A DNA stretch of 64,000 bases from Solirubrobacteraceae bacterium (GCA_036490975.1 DASXCS010000001.1:63225-127224), one strand, 5' to 3'. Positions 9,671 through 19,658 are shown, counted from the stretch's first letter. Program-made: numbers and translations. The notes: generated by a model from the sequence alone, not told the origin.

Positions 9671-10332
9671 CAGGCTTCGTCGGATGAGGGCTGGTCGTCG
9701 GAGGCGTCCTCGGCGCTCGGCTGCGCAGCCGCCGGCTCATCGGCCGGGGCCTCGGCTTCCGCCTGCGCAGCGGGCTCAGCCTCGGCAGCGGGCTCGAGCT
9801 CGGCAGACGGCTCAGCCTCGGTGCTCGGCTCCTCGGTGACCGGCTGGTCGGCCTCAACCTCAGCAGCCGGTGCCTCTGTGGCCTCGGCCGCCCCAGCGGC
9901 CTCCGCCTCGACGTTCAGCTCCTCTTCCCCCGCCCCATCGGGCGGGGCTGGATTGACCAGCTCCCGCTCGAGCATCTGCTCGGGAGTGACGTTCCGCCGC
10001 TCCCGAACCCGGGCCCGCTTACCCACACGACCGCGCAGGTAGTACAGCTTCGCCCTACGCACGTCGCCCTTGGCGGCGATCTCAATGCGCTCGATCTTGG
10101 GCGAGTGCAGCGGGAAGGTCCGCTCCACGCCCACGCCGAACGACTGCTTGCGGACCGTGAAAGTCTCTCGGACGCCATGGCCCTGGCGCTTGATCACGAC
10201 GCCCTCATAAACCTGGGTGCGCCGCCTGGTCCCCTCCACGACCTGGAAGTGCACACGGACTCGGTCACCGGCGTCAAAGGCCGGCGCGCGTCGGAGCTGA
10301 GCGCTCTCCAGACTGTCGATCAGGGAACTCAT
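9670..10332 (-). CDS. rplS: 50S ribosomal protein L19 with a C-terminal acidic Ala/Glu/Pro-rich extension of about 105 aa
   Basis: From ATG 10332: [62 protein letters not shown]...[18 protein letters not shown] is a complete L19 core of about 113 aa. It is followed by ...[55 protein letters not shown]...DEA. Confidence 0.9.
   Translation of the reverse strand: MSSLIDSLESAQLRRAPAFDAGDRVRVHFQVVEGTRRRTQVYEGVVIKRQGHGVRETFTVRKQSFGVGVERTFPLHSPKIERIEIAAKGDVRRAKLYYLRGRVGKRARVRERRNVTPEQMLERELVNPAPPDGAGEEELNVEAEAAGAAEATEAPAAEVEADQPVTEEPSTEAEPSAELEPAAEAEPAAQAEAEAPADEPAAAQPSAEDASDDQPSSDEA
9772..9843 (-). repeat. four imperfect 18-bp tandem units inside the L19 tail (hexapeptide xxEAEP periodicity)
   Basis: Plus-strand units are gggctcagcctcggcagc, gggctcgagctcggcaga, cggctcagcctcggtgct and cggctcctcggtgaccgg, read directly from lines 9721-9841. 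Confidence 0.7.
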
Positions 10333-10475
10333 TGAGCTTTCGCCGGCCGGATGATGCCGGCGATGCGTATTCGGGCAGAACTGAGTGCGGGTGCCCGGCC
10401 CGCGGGGAGCATCATGGTAGCGGAAGGCTCCTCGTACTCCCTGGCGTGGCCCGACTTGGCAGTCGCGTCCCGACC

Positions 10476-11171
10476 TCAGCCATCGCCCCGGTTGCCCTCC
10501 CCGCCCGCGCGGGAGCGGCTTTCCTGGCGACGCCATTCGCGGATCCGGGCGTGGTGGCCCGACAGCAGTACGTCCGGGACCTCCCATCCGCGGTAGTCGG
10601 CCGGGCGGGTGTAGTGGGGGTATTCCGGCGCGCCCTCCAGGGCCTTGCTGAACGACTCCTCAACGGCCGAGGTCTCATCTCCGAGCGCCCCTGGCAGCTT
10701 GCGCACCACGGCGTCGCACACCGCCATGGCCGGGATCTCTCCCCCGGCCAGCACGTACCGGCCGATCGAGATCTCCTCGGTCACGAAGTGATCGAGGATG
10801 CGCTGGTCAAAGCCCTCATAGCGCCCGGCCAACAGGGTCAGCGCTTCCTCCTGGGCCAGCTGATCCACAAGTTCGTCGTCGAGGATCCGTCCGCTCGGGG
10901 TGAGCGCGATCACCCGTCGCTGGCGGCATAGCTCGACCGGGTCCTGGCCATATCGAGCTCGGAGCGCCGCCTCCACCACATCGACCCGCAGCACCATGCC
11001 AGCGCCGCCGCCGAATGGGGTGTCATCAACCTGACCGGCGTTCAGCGGCGTGTGGTCGCGGTAGTTGATGTACGCCAGCCGGTGCCCGCTGGCCAGAGCA
11101 CCGGCCACGTGACGCTGAGCGTCAAACCAGGAAAAGGCCGCCGGAAACAGCGTGAAGACGTCGATCTCCAT
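10476..11171 (-). CDS. trmD: tRNA (guanine37-N1)-methyltransferase
   Basis: [16 protein letters not shown]...[25 protein letters not shown]...GRYEGFDQR, classic TrmD motifs. Confidence 0.95.
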   Translation of the reverse strand: MEIDVFTLFPAAFSWFDAQRHVAGALASGHRLAYINYRDHTPLNAGQVDDTPFGGGAGMVLRVDVVEAALRARYGQDPVELCRQRRVIALTPSGRILDDELVDQLAQEEALTLLAGRYEGFDQRILDHFVTEEISIGRYVLAGGEIPAMAVCDAVVRKLPGALGDETSAVEESFSKALEGAPEYPHYTRPADYRGWEVPDVLLSGHHARIREWRRQESRSRAGGEGNRGDG

Positions 11172-11248
11172 GATCGCCCGCGAGCGTACTCGGCGGAAGC
11201 GGTGGAACTCCTGCGCTGGCCTCGGGCGGAAGCGGCGGAACCCTACCC

Positions 11249-11740
11249 CTAGTCCAGGAACTGAAGGTCGATCTGGATTTCCTTCTGCTCGACGTCCACT
11301 GACAGCACGGCGTCACCCACCAGGGGCACGAGCAGCGCCGGCTCCCCGTCTGGCCGGTTCACCTCCAACACGTCCACCGAGGGGAGGGACATCATCCGGG
11401 CCACGGTCCCCACGACCCGCTGGCCATCGCGGACGGTGCAGCCCTCCAGGTCCTCCGCCCACCACTCGTCCTCCGGCAGGGCCGGGGCGGCGCCCCGGGG
11501 CACGCGCAACTCCTGCCCCTGCAGCGCCTGGGCTCCCAGGCGGTCCTCACAGCCCTCAAGCGCGATGATTGGCCGGCTCTCCTGCCCGGCTCGGCGGGTG
11601 ATGACCCGGGATTCGGACCCCACCCGCACGCTCATGCCGACGTCAAGGAGCCGGGGGCTGGCGTGTGCAACGTGAAAGCTGCCGTCGAGACCGTGCGGAC
11701 GCCCGACGCGGCCGGCCAGCAACCACTGGCCGTCGTCCAT
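11249..11740 (-). CDS. rimM: 16S rRNA processing protein RimM
   Basis: From the internal ATG at 11740: MDDGQWLLAGRVGRPHGLDGSF...PALPEDEWWAEDLEGCTV...(PRC barrel). ATGA overlap with the upstream KH gene. The ORF-track extension to 12127 overlaps KH and rpsP. Confidence 0.9.
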   Translation of the reverse strand: MDDGQWLLAGRVGRPHGLDGSFHVAHASPRLLDVGMSVRVGSESRVITRRAGQESRPIIALEGCEDRLGAQALQGQELRVPRGAAPALPEDEWWAEDLEGCTVRDGQRVVGTVARMMSLPSVDVLEVNRPDGEPALLVPLVGDAVLSVDVEQKEIQIDLQFLD

Positions 11741-11973
11741 CAAGCGTCGACGATGTCCAGGAACACTCGCTGGCCGCGCTTCGCGCCGCCGCTCTTGACC
11801 ACCGTGCGGAGCGCGGACGCGGTGCGCCCTCCCCGTCCGATGACGTTCCCGTAGTCGTCCTCGCCCACCGTCAGCTCCAGCACCACAGCCCCATCCTCCT
11901 GGACCTCGCCCACCTCCACCTGGTCGGGGTCCTCCACCAGGCCGCGGGCCAGGTACTCGAGCAGATCCCTCAT
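11740..11973 (-). CDS. KH-domain RNA-binding protein (YlqC/UPF0109)
   Basis: 77 aa containing ...VIGRGGRTASALRTVV (GxxG KH loop), in the conserved position between rpsP and rimM. Confidence 0.85.
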   Translation of the reverse strand: MRDLLEYLARGLVEDPDQVEVGEVQEDGAVVLELTVGEDDYGNVIGRGGRTASALRTVVKSGGAKRGQRVFLDIVDA

Positions 11974-12227
11974 GCAGAGCCGGGCGGCGAGATACCCTGC
12001 GTGCGCAGCAGCTTGCGGACCGTCTCGGAGGGCTGCGCCCCGCGAGCCAGCCAGCTCTGGATCCGCTCCTCATCGAGCACGATCGTGGACGGGTTCGTCT
12101 GCGCGTTGTAGTGCCCGACGGTCTCAATCACACGACCGTCGCGCTTGGAGCGTTGATCGGCCACCACCACCCGCCAGATGGGGTTCTTGTGCGATCCGAT
12201 CCGCGTTAGACGAAGTCTCACTGCCAT
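11970..12227 (-). CDS. rpsP: 30S ribosomal protein S16
   Basis: MAVRLRLTRIGSHKNPIWRVVVADQRSKRDGRVIETVGHYN. Confidence 0.95.
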   Translation of the reverse strand: MAVRLRLTRIGSHKNPIWRVVVADQRSKRDGRVIETVGHYNAQTNPSTIVLDEERIQSWLARGAQPSETVRKLLRTQGISPPGSA

Positions 12228-12257
12228 TGCGAAGGCGAGGTTAGCGGGCCCGGCGCG

Positions 12258-13586
12258 CTAGCGCCCCTGGCGCATCAGGGCACCGAGATCGGGCATCCGT
12301 CCCTGGGCCAGCTGGGACATCACCTTGCGCATCTGTTCGAACTGCTTGATCAGGGCCTTGACCGCCTGCACGTTTGTGCCTGAGCCGCGGGCGATGCGCA
12401 GCCGGCGAGAGCCCTTGATCAGATCGGGACGGCGCCGTTCCTCCGGCGTCATCGACAGGATGATGGCCTGGATGCGGTCGAACTCACGCTCGTCCACCTT
12501 GACGCCTCGGAGCTCCTTGCTCATCCCGGGGATCATTCCCAGCAGCGACTGCAGCGGCCCGAGCCGCCGGACCTGCCGCAGCTGGTCCAGGAAATCGTCC
12601 AGTCCGAACTCCTGCTTTCGGAGCTTGCGCTCGAGCTCGGCGGCCTCGGTCTCGTCGTAGGCGCCCTGGGCCTTTTCAATCAGCGTCATGACGTCGCCCA
12701 TGCCCAGAATGCGCTGGGCCATCCGGTCGGGGTAGAAGCGCTCGAACTGGTCGAGCTTCTCCCCGATCGAGGCGAACAGGATCGGCTTGCCGGTGACCGC
12801 CTTGACCGATAGCGCGGCACCGCCCCGAGCGTCCCCGTCCAGCTTCGTCATGACCACGCCGTCAAAGTCGACGGTCTGCCCGAACTGCTCAGCCACATTG
12901 ACGGCGTCCTGGCCGGTCATCGCGTCGACCACGAGCAGGATCTCCTGTGGCTCGACGGCCTTCTTGATGTTGGCCAGTTCGGTCATCAGCTCCTGATCGA
13001 CGTGGAGCCGTCCGCTGGTGTCGACGATCAGGACGTCCTTGCCCTCGGCCTGTGCCCGGTCCCGGGCCCAGGCGGCGATCTTCACCGGGTCCTGGTCGGT
13101 GCCCTGCTCGTATACGTCGACCCGCGCCTGGTGCGCCAGCTTGACCAGCTGGTCGACGGCGGCCGGGCGGTACACATCGCACGCCGCCACGGCCACCGAT
13201 GAGCCCTGCTCCCGCAGCAGCCGGGCCAATTTGGCCGTGGCCGTTGTCTTGCCCGAACCCTGAAGCCCGGCCATCAGGATGATCGTGGGCGGCCGCGGTG
13301 AGAACGACAGCTCGCGGGACTCGCCCCCCATCAGGTCGGTGAGGCCGTCGGAGACGATCTTGACCACCTGCTGGCCCGGATTGAGCTTGCCCACGATCTC
13401 TGCCCCGAGCGCGCGCTCGCGCAGCTCGGAGGTAAAGCTCTTGACCACCTTGAAGTTGACGTCCGCCTCGAGCAGGGCCAGACGGATCTCCCGCATGGCG
13501 GCGGCGACGTCGTCCTCGGTCAGGGTTCCGCGGCCCCGAACGTCGGCCAGCGTGGCCTGGAGCTTTTCACCCAGCGACTCGAACAC
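12258..13586 (-). CDS. ffh: signal recognition particle protein Ffh
   Basis: N and G domains (GLQGSGKTT, DTSGRL, TKLDGDARGG) followed by a Met-rich M domain. Confidence 0.97.
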   Translation of the reverse strand: MFESLGEKLQATLADVRGRGTLTEDDVAAAMREIRLALLEADVNFKVVKSFTSELRERALGAEIVGKLNPGQQVVKIVSDGLTDLMGGESRELSFSPRPPTIILMAGLQGSGKTTATAKLARLLREQGSSVAVAACDVYRPAAVDQLVKLAHQARVDVYEQGTDQDPVKIAAWARDRAQAEGKDVLIVDTSGRLHVDQELMTELANIKKAVEPQEILLVVDAMTGQDAVNVAEQFGQTVDFDGVVMTKLDGDARGGAALSVKAVTGKPILFASIGEKLDQFERFYPDRMAQRILGMGDVMTLIEKAQGAYDETEAAELERKLRKQEFGLDDFLDQLRQVRRLGPLQSLLGMIPGMSKELRGVKVDEREFDRIQAIILSMTPEERRRPDLIKGSRRLRIARGSGTNVQAVKALIKQFEQMRKVMSQLAQGRMPDLGALMRQGR

Positions 13587-13603
13587 GCCGCCGAGGTTAC
13601 TCC

Positions 13604-14623
13604 TCAGCTCACCAGCGCCCGCGCGTATTCAGGGGGGTCGAACGGGCGCAGATCCTCGAGCTGCTCGCCCACGCCAATCAGCTTGACCGGGATCCCGAGC
13701 TCGGAGGCAATCGCCAGCGCGATGCCTCCCTTGGCCGTGCCGTCGAGCTTGGTCAGGATCAGGCCATCGACCCCGATCGCCTCGGAGAACAGCCTGGCCT
13801 GGCGCAGTCCGTTCTGCCCGGTCGTGGCGTCGACGGTGAGCAGGGTCTCGTGCGGCGCCTCCGGGATCTGCTTGCCGATCACCCGCTGGACCTTCTCGAG
13901 CTCGCCCATCAGGTCGTCCTGCGTGTGCAGGCGCCCGGCCGTGTCGATGATGACCACGTCGGCCCCGTCACGCCGGGCGGCGGCGATCGCGTCGTAGGCC
14001 ACCGAGCCGGGATCGGATCCCGGCGGTCCCTTGACGAAGCTGGCTCCCGCGCGCTGGGCCCAGACCTCGAGCTGCTCGACCCCCGCGGCCCGGAATGTGT
14101 CCGCCGCCGCCAGCACCACGGACCGTCCGCCCTCCCGGGCGGCGTGCCAGGCCAGCTTGCCCACGCTGGTCGTCTTGCCGGTTCCGTTCACCCCGGCCAC
14201 GAGGATGACCGTGGGCGCGGGGCGCAGGTCGATCCGATCCTGGCCCGTCCGGGCGATGTCGGCCAGCAGCTCGATCAGCCGAGCGGTCAGGGCCTCGCCG
14301 CCACTCAGCCCGCCACTGGTGGCCTCCTGCTCGAGCTCGTGCACGACCCGGGCCGTGGTCTGGGCCCCGACGTCGGCATAGATCAACGCCTCCTCGAGTC
14401 GCTCCCATGTCTCCTCGGTGAGCGTGTCCTCAAACAGCGTGGCCTGAATCTCGCTTTGCAGCGCCTGCCGGGTCCGGCGCAGGCTGTCCCGCAGGCGACT
14501 GAACCGGCCGGCGCGTCGCTCGCCGGGGTCCTCCTCATCGCCAGAGGCAGAAGCCGGCTCGCGCTCGGGGAGGCCACTGCGATCGGCGCCAAGGATGAAC
14601 AGGTCCTGCCAGTCGCGGGCCAT
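13604..14623 (-). CDS. ftsY: SRP receptor FtsY
   Basis: GVNGTGKTTSVGKLA, DTAGRL and TKLDGTAKGG, with an acidic N-terminal region. Confidence 0.95.
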   Translation of the reverse strand: MARDWQDLFILGADRSGLPEREPASASGDEEDPGERRAGRFSRLRDSLRRTRQALQSEIQATLFEDTLTEETWERLEEALIYADVGAQTTARVVHELEQEATSGGLSGGEALTARLIELLADIARTGQDRIDLRPAPTVILVAGVNGTGKTTSVGKLAWHAAREGGRSVVLAAADTFRAAGVEQLEVWAQRAGASFVKGPPGSDPGSVAYDAIAAARRDGADVVIIDTAGRLHTQDDLMGELEKVQRVIGKQIPEAPHETLLTVDATTGQNGLRQARLFSEAIGVDGLILTKLDGTAKGGIALAIASELGIPVKLIGVGEQLEDLRPFDPPEYARALVS

Positions 14624-14649
14624 GGCCCGGCGACGATAGCCTGCCTGCG

Positions 14650-15783
14650 GTGGTTGCGAACTCGGGAGGGCCCGCGCGCCGTCCCGGCCCGGCGCTCGTC
14701 GACGGGTGGTACAGATGGTTCCTGCCCGAACATCGATCGTTCGGCGACGTGATCAACCGCTGGCCCGAGCGGCTGCGGCCGCTGGTCTGGCGCTACGGCG
14801 CCGTCCGGGCCATCACGCTCGTCGTGGCGGGCAGAAAGCACGATGCGGTCGCCGCCATCCGCCGAGATCGCGGCTGGCGCTGCCTGGTGCTGCTCAGCGC
14901 GCTGCTCAGCAGCCGGCCCAAGCTGGTGGTCCTGCATTTCATCGACAACGATCTGCGCAGGCCGGGAGTACACAGGCTGATCGACGCCTGCTGGCAACCC
15001 ATCGAGCGCTGGGCGCTGCGCCGAACGATGGCCAGGGCCCAGGTCCTGACGGTCTGGGAGGGCAGGCGCTACGCCGAGGAGTACGGCGTGGAGCAGGAGC
15101 GATTCCGCTTCGTCCCGTTCGCCTGGCGACATCCTCCCGGCGGTGCCGCACCGCAGTTCGCGGAGGCCGCCGCTCGAGCAGGGGTGGTTGCCGCTGGACG
15201 GGTGTCGTGCGATTGGCCAACCCTGTTCGCCGCGGCTCAGGGCCAGGACTGGCCGCTGACGGTCGTGTGCTCGGCCGCACACCGCGTGCTGGTGGAGTCG
15301 CTCAACCGCGACGGTCGAGCCACCGTGCTGACCGACATCCCACAGTCAGCCGTCCAAGCACTGCTGCGGCGGGCCGCCATCTCGGTGATCGCGACCTACG
15401 ACGCCGGGATGAGCCAGGGGCACGTGCGGCTGTGCGAGTCGGTCGACGCCGGAGCTCCGATCGTGGCCACCCGGACGCGAAGCCTCGAGGGCTACGTGGA
15501 GGAGGACCGCACGGCGGTCCTGGTGGCCCCCGGCGCCCCGGAGGCCCTGCGAGACGCGATCGAGGGCCTGCTGGCTGATCCCGCGCACCGTGACCGGCTG
15601 GCCCAGGCAGCCTGGAGCCGGGCGGAGCGGTGGACGTGGGACGACTACCTGGCCGGACTGTCGGCGCTGATGCGAGGCGAGCGCTCAGGCGCCCCTCAGG
15701 CGGCCGCCTCGGCCTGCGCGCCCGAGTCCAGCCTGCGGGAGATCACCTTGGACACGCCGTCGGAGCCCATCGACACCCCGTAG
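14650..15783 (+). CDS. glycosyltransferase, GT-B fold (family 1/4-like); start uncertain
   Basis: The C-terminal half matches the Glycos_transf_1 pattern (...VIATYDAGMSQGHVRLCESVDAGAPIVATRTRSLEGYVEEDRTAVLVAPGAPEALRDAIEGLLADP...). Good GC3 throughout. Divergent from ftsY by 26 bp, and the last 88 nt overlap the smc 3' end. Confidence 0.7.
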   Translation: MVANSGGPARRPGPALVDGWYRWFLPEHRSFGDVINRWPERLRPLVWRYGAVRAITLVVAGRKHDAVAAIRRDRGWRCLVLLSALLSSRPKLVVLHFIDNDLRRPGVHRLIDACWQPIERWALRRTMARAQVLTVWEGRRYAEEYGVEQERFRFVPFAWRHPPGGAAPQFAEAAARAGVVAAGRVSCDWPTLFAAAQGQDWPLTVVCSAAHRVLVESLNRDGRATVLTDIPQSAVQALLRRAAISVIATYDAGMSQGHVRLCESVDAGAPIVATRTRSLEGYVEEDRTAVLVAPGAPEALRDAIEGLLADPAHRDRLAQAAWSRAERWTWDDYLAGLSALMRGERSGAPQAAASACAPESSLREITLDTPSEPIDTP

Positions 15784-18700
15784 AGGTAGTCGGCGGCCTC
15801 CATCGTCCGGCGCTGGTGGGTCACGACGATGAACTGCGCCTGCTCGGCGTACGTCCTCAGCATGGTCAGGAAGCGATCCATATTGAGGTCGTCGAGCGCG
15901 GCCTCAACCTCATCCAGGATGTAGAACGGGCACGGCTTGGCCAGGAACACCGCGAACAGAAAGGCCAGCGCGGTCAGCGACTTCTCGCCTCCGGACAGGA
16001 GCGAGAGCCGAGTCATCTCCTTGCCGGCGGGGTTGATCTCAATCTCGACGCCGAGCCGATCCTCCTCGGACTCGCCCCGGAGCTCTTCCTCCTCCTCGGC
16101 CTCGCCCTCGGCGGTCTCCGGCGCCGGTGCCTGGCCGCCGAGCACCCGGGCGGGCCGGTCGCGCTCATTGACCAGGCGAAGCCTGCCGTGCCCCCCCGGG
16201 AACAACTGGCTGGCCACCTGCTCGAAGTTTTCCGCCGCCGCCGCAAACGTGCGCTCAAACGTCTCGCGAATCTCGCGATCCGTGTCGGAGATCAGCTTCT
16301 CGAGCTCCCGGAGCGCCGTCTCCAGGTCGGTCCGCTGGTGCTCGAGCTCCTCGACGTGGGCGATGGCCTCCGCGTACTCCTGTTCAGCCAGCGGGTTGAC
16401 CGGCCCGATCTGCTCCCTGCGCCTGGCCAGGCGCTGCACCCTGGCCTCGAGCGCCTCGCGCTCTTCCGCCGCCAGCTCCGCCTCGGCGGGCCCGGCTTCC
16501 AAACCGAGCTCCTCGGCCAGCTGGGCCAGCTCACGCTCGGTCTCCTCGGTGCGGTCGCGAACGCGCTGGAGGGCCACCTCGCTCTCGGTCAGCTCCTCGC
16601 CAACTCGGTGAAGCCGTGACTGAAGCGGCGCCTCATCCCGGGCGCACGCGCGCAGCTCCGCGGTGACCTGTTCACCGGCCTGGCGATCATCCGCCAGCGC
16701 CTGATCGAAGGCCTGTCGCCGGAGGGCGATGGCGGCGGTCGCCTGGTCCAACGCCGAGGCCAGGGCCCGCACCTCAGGCAGCAATGCCTGACCAGAGCTG
16801 ATGATGGCCCGGAGGCGCTCGACCTGGGCCTCCCGGGCGGTCCGCTCGCGCTCGATCCGGGCCAGTGCGTCCTGCTCCGCTCGCAGCTCAGCGGCCAGGG
16901 CCCGCCGTCGGCCCTCCGCGGGCCCGTCGTCCGGTGCGGACCGCCGACGCTCGATCCGGGCCGTGATCCGGCGCTCATCCTCAGCCGCCTCGTCGCGATC
17001 ACGGACGGCGGACCGATGGGCCCTCACGGCCTCTTCCAGCGCACCCTGGGCGATCTCATCGTCGGCCTCCGCCCGCCCCAGCGCCTCCGCGCAGGCCAGC
17101 TCCCCGGAAGCGACGGCCTCCGTTTCAGCGATCAGCTCCGCCCGGCGATTTCGCTGAGCCAGGACCCGCTCCTGACCAACCGCGGGAGCCTGGCGAAGCT
17201 CGGCAGTCCCGGTGCTGAGCACCCGACCCTGTGGGGTCACCGCAATTCCGCGGAAGCTCGCCGACAGGGCATCGAACCCACTCATCACCCACGTGCGGGC
17301 GAGTAGCCGGCGCGCCAGCTCGGCGGCGTCGCTCGAGCCGCGTACGCGCGCGGCCAGCGGCTCAGCGCCCGGAGCCGGTGGATCACCCCGGGTCGAGGCG
17401 GCACCATGGGCAGTCGCGTCCGAGAGCCCAAGGATCAGAGCCCGGCCGCCCTCTCCGCCGATCCGATCGAGAACCCCCTCGGCTGCCGACAGGTCGGCCA
17501 CAACGGCCGCGTCCAGCCGCCCATCCAGCGCCGCGGCCACGGCCAGCTCATATCCGCGGTCCACGTCCAGCTGCTCGGCCAGACGAGGCGCATTCTGGTC
17601 AGGACTCGCCGTGCCTCGCAGGAACTGGTTCACGGCGGCCAGCTCGGTGCCCACCCGAGCGGCCTCGAACCTGGCCTGCTGGACGGACCGCTGCGCCTGA
17701 TTGACCTGGGCGCGGGCCTGCTCCAGGAACTGCTCGGCCTCCCGTCGTTTCTCCTGGGCGCCCTGCACAGCAAGGTCACGCTCGGCCGCCCTGGACTCGG
17801 CCTCGGTCCGCCCGGCCTCAAGCTCGGCCAGGGCGTGCTCGAGCTCCTGCTCGCGCTCCCGCTCGGCCACGTCCAGCTCCGCCCGCAATGCCTGGACGCG
17901 CTCGCGGGCCTCCGCCTCGGCCCGCCCCTGGTCCTCCTCCCCATGGAGGCTGGCCAGCTGCTGCTCGTCCCGGAGCAGACGGCCCTCGTGCGATCTGGCA
18001 GCTGCCCGCACGGCATCGGCCCGGTCGCTTACCCGCTCGCCCGCAGACCGGGCGGCGAAGGCACGACGCGATAGCTCCTCATGCTGGGCGCCGCGCTCGG
18101 CCAGAGCTTCCTCGGCCGCCTCGCGCCGACGAGCCACCTGCTCGAGCTCTCGCTCGACCTGCTCACGTCGGGCCCTCATCGCGCTGGCCTGGACCTGCGC
18201 ATGCTCAAGCGCCTCCAGGCGCGAGCGCAGGTCATCACGGGCCAACTCCCAGCGTGCCTGCAGCGACTGGCGCGCCAGCCGGGCGTGGAGCTCCGCCGCC
18301 TCAGCCTGGCGCTTGAGTGGACGGAGGCGAGTCCTGGCCTCCCGCTCCACGTCCAGCGCGCGGTCGAGGTTGTCCTGGGTGCGCTCCAGCTTGAGCTGGG
18401 CTCGGCGGCGACGCTTGCGGTGCTTGCCCAGTCCGGCCGCCTCCTCAATCAGCAGCCGCCGGTCTCGCGGCTTTGAGCTGATGATCGACTCGACCCGGCC
18501 CTGCGAGATGACCGAATGCATCTCCTTCCCCAGCCCGGTCTCGGATAGGACCTCGATCACGTCCACCAGCCGACAGCGGGCACCGGCCAGGCGGTACTCG
18601 CCCTCCCCGGCGCGATCCAGCCTGCGCACGACGGACACCTCGGCCGTCCCCAGGCCCAGACGGCCCTCGCTGTCATCCAGGACCAGCTCGACCTCGGCCT

Positions 18701-18929
18701 GACGGCTGCCCTGCCGGCCCGGGGCCCCGGCGAAGATCACGTCCTGCATCACCTGACCGCGGATGGCCGCCGGGGACTGCTCGCCGAGCGCCCACAGCAC
18801 GGCATCTGTCACGTTCGACTTCCCGGACCCGTTGGGCCCCACGATCACGCTGACGCCCGGCCCGAACTCGAGCGTCGTCCGCTCCGGGAACGACTTAAAG
18901 CCCTTGAGTGTGATCGAGCGCAGGTACAT
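15696..18929 (-). CDS. smc: chromosome segregation protein SMC
   Basis: MYLRSITLKGFKSF, Walker A GPNGSGKSN, long coiled coils and hinge, signature LSGGEKSLTALAFLFAVF, Walker B FYILDEVEAALD. Confidence 0.95.
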   Translation of the reverse strand: MYLRSITLKGFKSFPERTTLEFGPGVSVIVGPNGSGKSNVTDAVLWALGEQSPAAIRGQVMQDVIFAGAPGRQGSRQAEVELVLDDSEGRLGLGTAEVSVVRRLDRAGEGEYRLAGARCRLVDVIEVLSETGLGKEMHSVISQGRVESIISSKPRDRRLLIEEAAGLGKHRKRRRRAQLKLERTQDNLDRALDVEREARTRLRPLKRQAEAAELHARLARQSLQARWELARDDLRSRLEALEHAQVQASAMRARREQVERELEQVARRREAAEEALAERGAQHEELSRRAFAARSAGERVSDRADAVRAAARSHEGRLLRDEQQLASLHGEEDQGRAEAEARERVQALRAELDVAEREREQELEHALAELEAGRTEAESRAAERDLAVQGAQEKRREAEQFLEQARAQVNQAQRSVQQARFEAARVGTELAAVNQFLRGTASPDQNAPRLAEQLDVDRGYELAVAAALDGRLDAAVVADLSAAEGVLDRIGGEGGRALILGLSDATAHGAASTRGDPPAPGAEPLAARVRGSSDAAELARRLLARTWVMSGFDALSASFRGIAVTPQGRVLSTGTAELRQAPAVGQERVLAQRNRRAELIAETEAVASGELACAEALGRAEADDEIAQGALEEAVRAHRSAVRDRDEAAEDERRITARIERRRSAPDDGPAEGRRRALAAELRAEQDALARIERERTAREAQVERLRAIISSGQALLPEVRALASALDQATAAIALRRQAFDQALADDRQAGEQVTAELRACARDEAPLQSRLHRVGEELTESEVALQRVRDRTEETERELAQLAEELGLEAGPAEAELAAEEREALEARVQRLARRREQIGPVNPLAEQEYAEAIAHVEELEHQRTDLETALRELEKLISDTDREIRETFERTFAAAAENFEQVASQLFPGGHGRLRLVNERDRPARVLGGQAPAPETAEGEAEEEEELRGESEEDRLGVEIEINPAGKEMTRLSLLSGGEKSLTALAFLFAVFLAKPCPFYILDEVEAALDDLNMDRFLTMLRTYAEQAQFIVVTHQRRTMEAADYLYGVSMGSDGVSKVISRRLDSGAQAEAAA

Positions 18930-18932
18930 GAC

Positions 18933-19658
18933 TTATTGGTCGAGCACAGCCAGCGCGGCCTGGGCCGCTTCCTGTTCGGCGTCCTTCTTGCTCTTCCCCC
19001 GGCCGCGACCGAGCTCCCCACCGTCCACCAAGGCGCTGACCGAGAAGACGCGGTCGTGGGGCGGGCCGTCCTCTCCGACGACGTCGTAGACGACGACGGC
19101 GCCGCGCCGGGCCAGCAGCTCCTGGAGGGTCGACTTGAAGTCAACCGAGCGTTCGAGCGCATCGTCGATCTCCGGCCCGAAGGCCTCCACCACCGCCTCG
19201 GCCGTCCGCTCGTAGCCAAAGGCCAGAAAGCAGGCGCCGATCACCGCCTCGATCACCGAGGCCAGGACCCGCTCGGCGGCCACCAGCGCCTCAGCCCCTG
19301 GCAGCGCATGCGGTGGTGCGGCCTCCAGGAGGCGCTCACGGAGGCCAAGGCGCTCGGCCACGTCCCGGCACGACCGGCCCGAGACGGCCTGGGCCCGGAT
19401 CTTGGTCAAGCGGCCCGCGCCGAAGCGCTCGGCATTGAAACGTGGATACAGGTGGGCGCTCACCGCCAGGGCCAGAACGCTGTCGCCCAGGTAGGCCAAA
19501 CGCTCGTACGAGGCCGACCGCCGCTCGGTCCATGAGGCGTGGGTGAACACCAGGACCATCAGCTCCTCAGGCAGCTTGTCCAAGAGGGCTGCGAGCCCGG
19601 CCACGGAGTCAGAGTGCGCTTCCACAGCCACTCCGACTCCCCGCCCGCCGCCGATCAC
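18933..19658 (-). CDS. rnc: ribonuclease III
   Basis: FTHASW...ERLAYLGDSVL signature and a C-terminal dsRBD (...GRGRGKSKKDAEQEAAQAAL). GTGA overlap with the acpP stop. Confidence 0.92.
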   Translation of the reverse strand: MIGGGRGVGVAVEAHSDSVAGLAALLDKLPEELMVLVFTHASWTERRSASYERLAYLGDSVLALAVSAHLYPRFNAERFGAGRLTKIRAQAVSGRSCRDVAERLGLRERLLEAAPPHALPGAEALVAAERVLASVIEAVIGACFLAFGYERTAEAVVEAFGPEIDDALERSVDFKSTLQELLARRGAVVVYDVVGEDGPPHDRVFSVSALVDGGELGRGRGKSKKDAEQEAAQAALAVLDQ

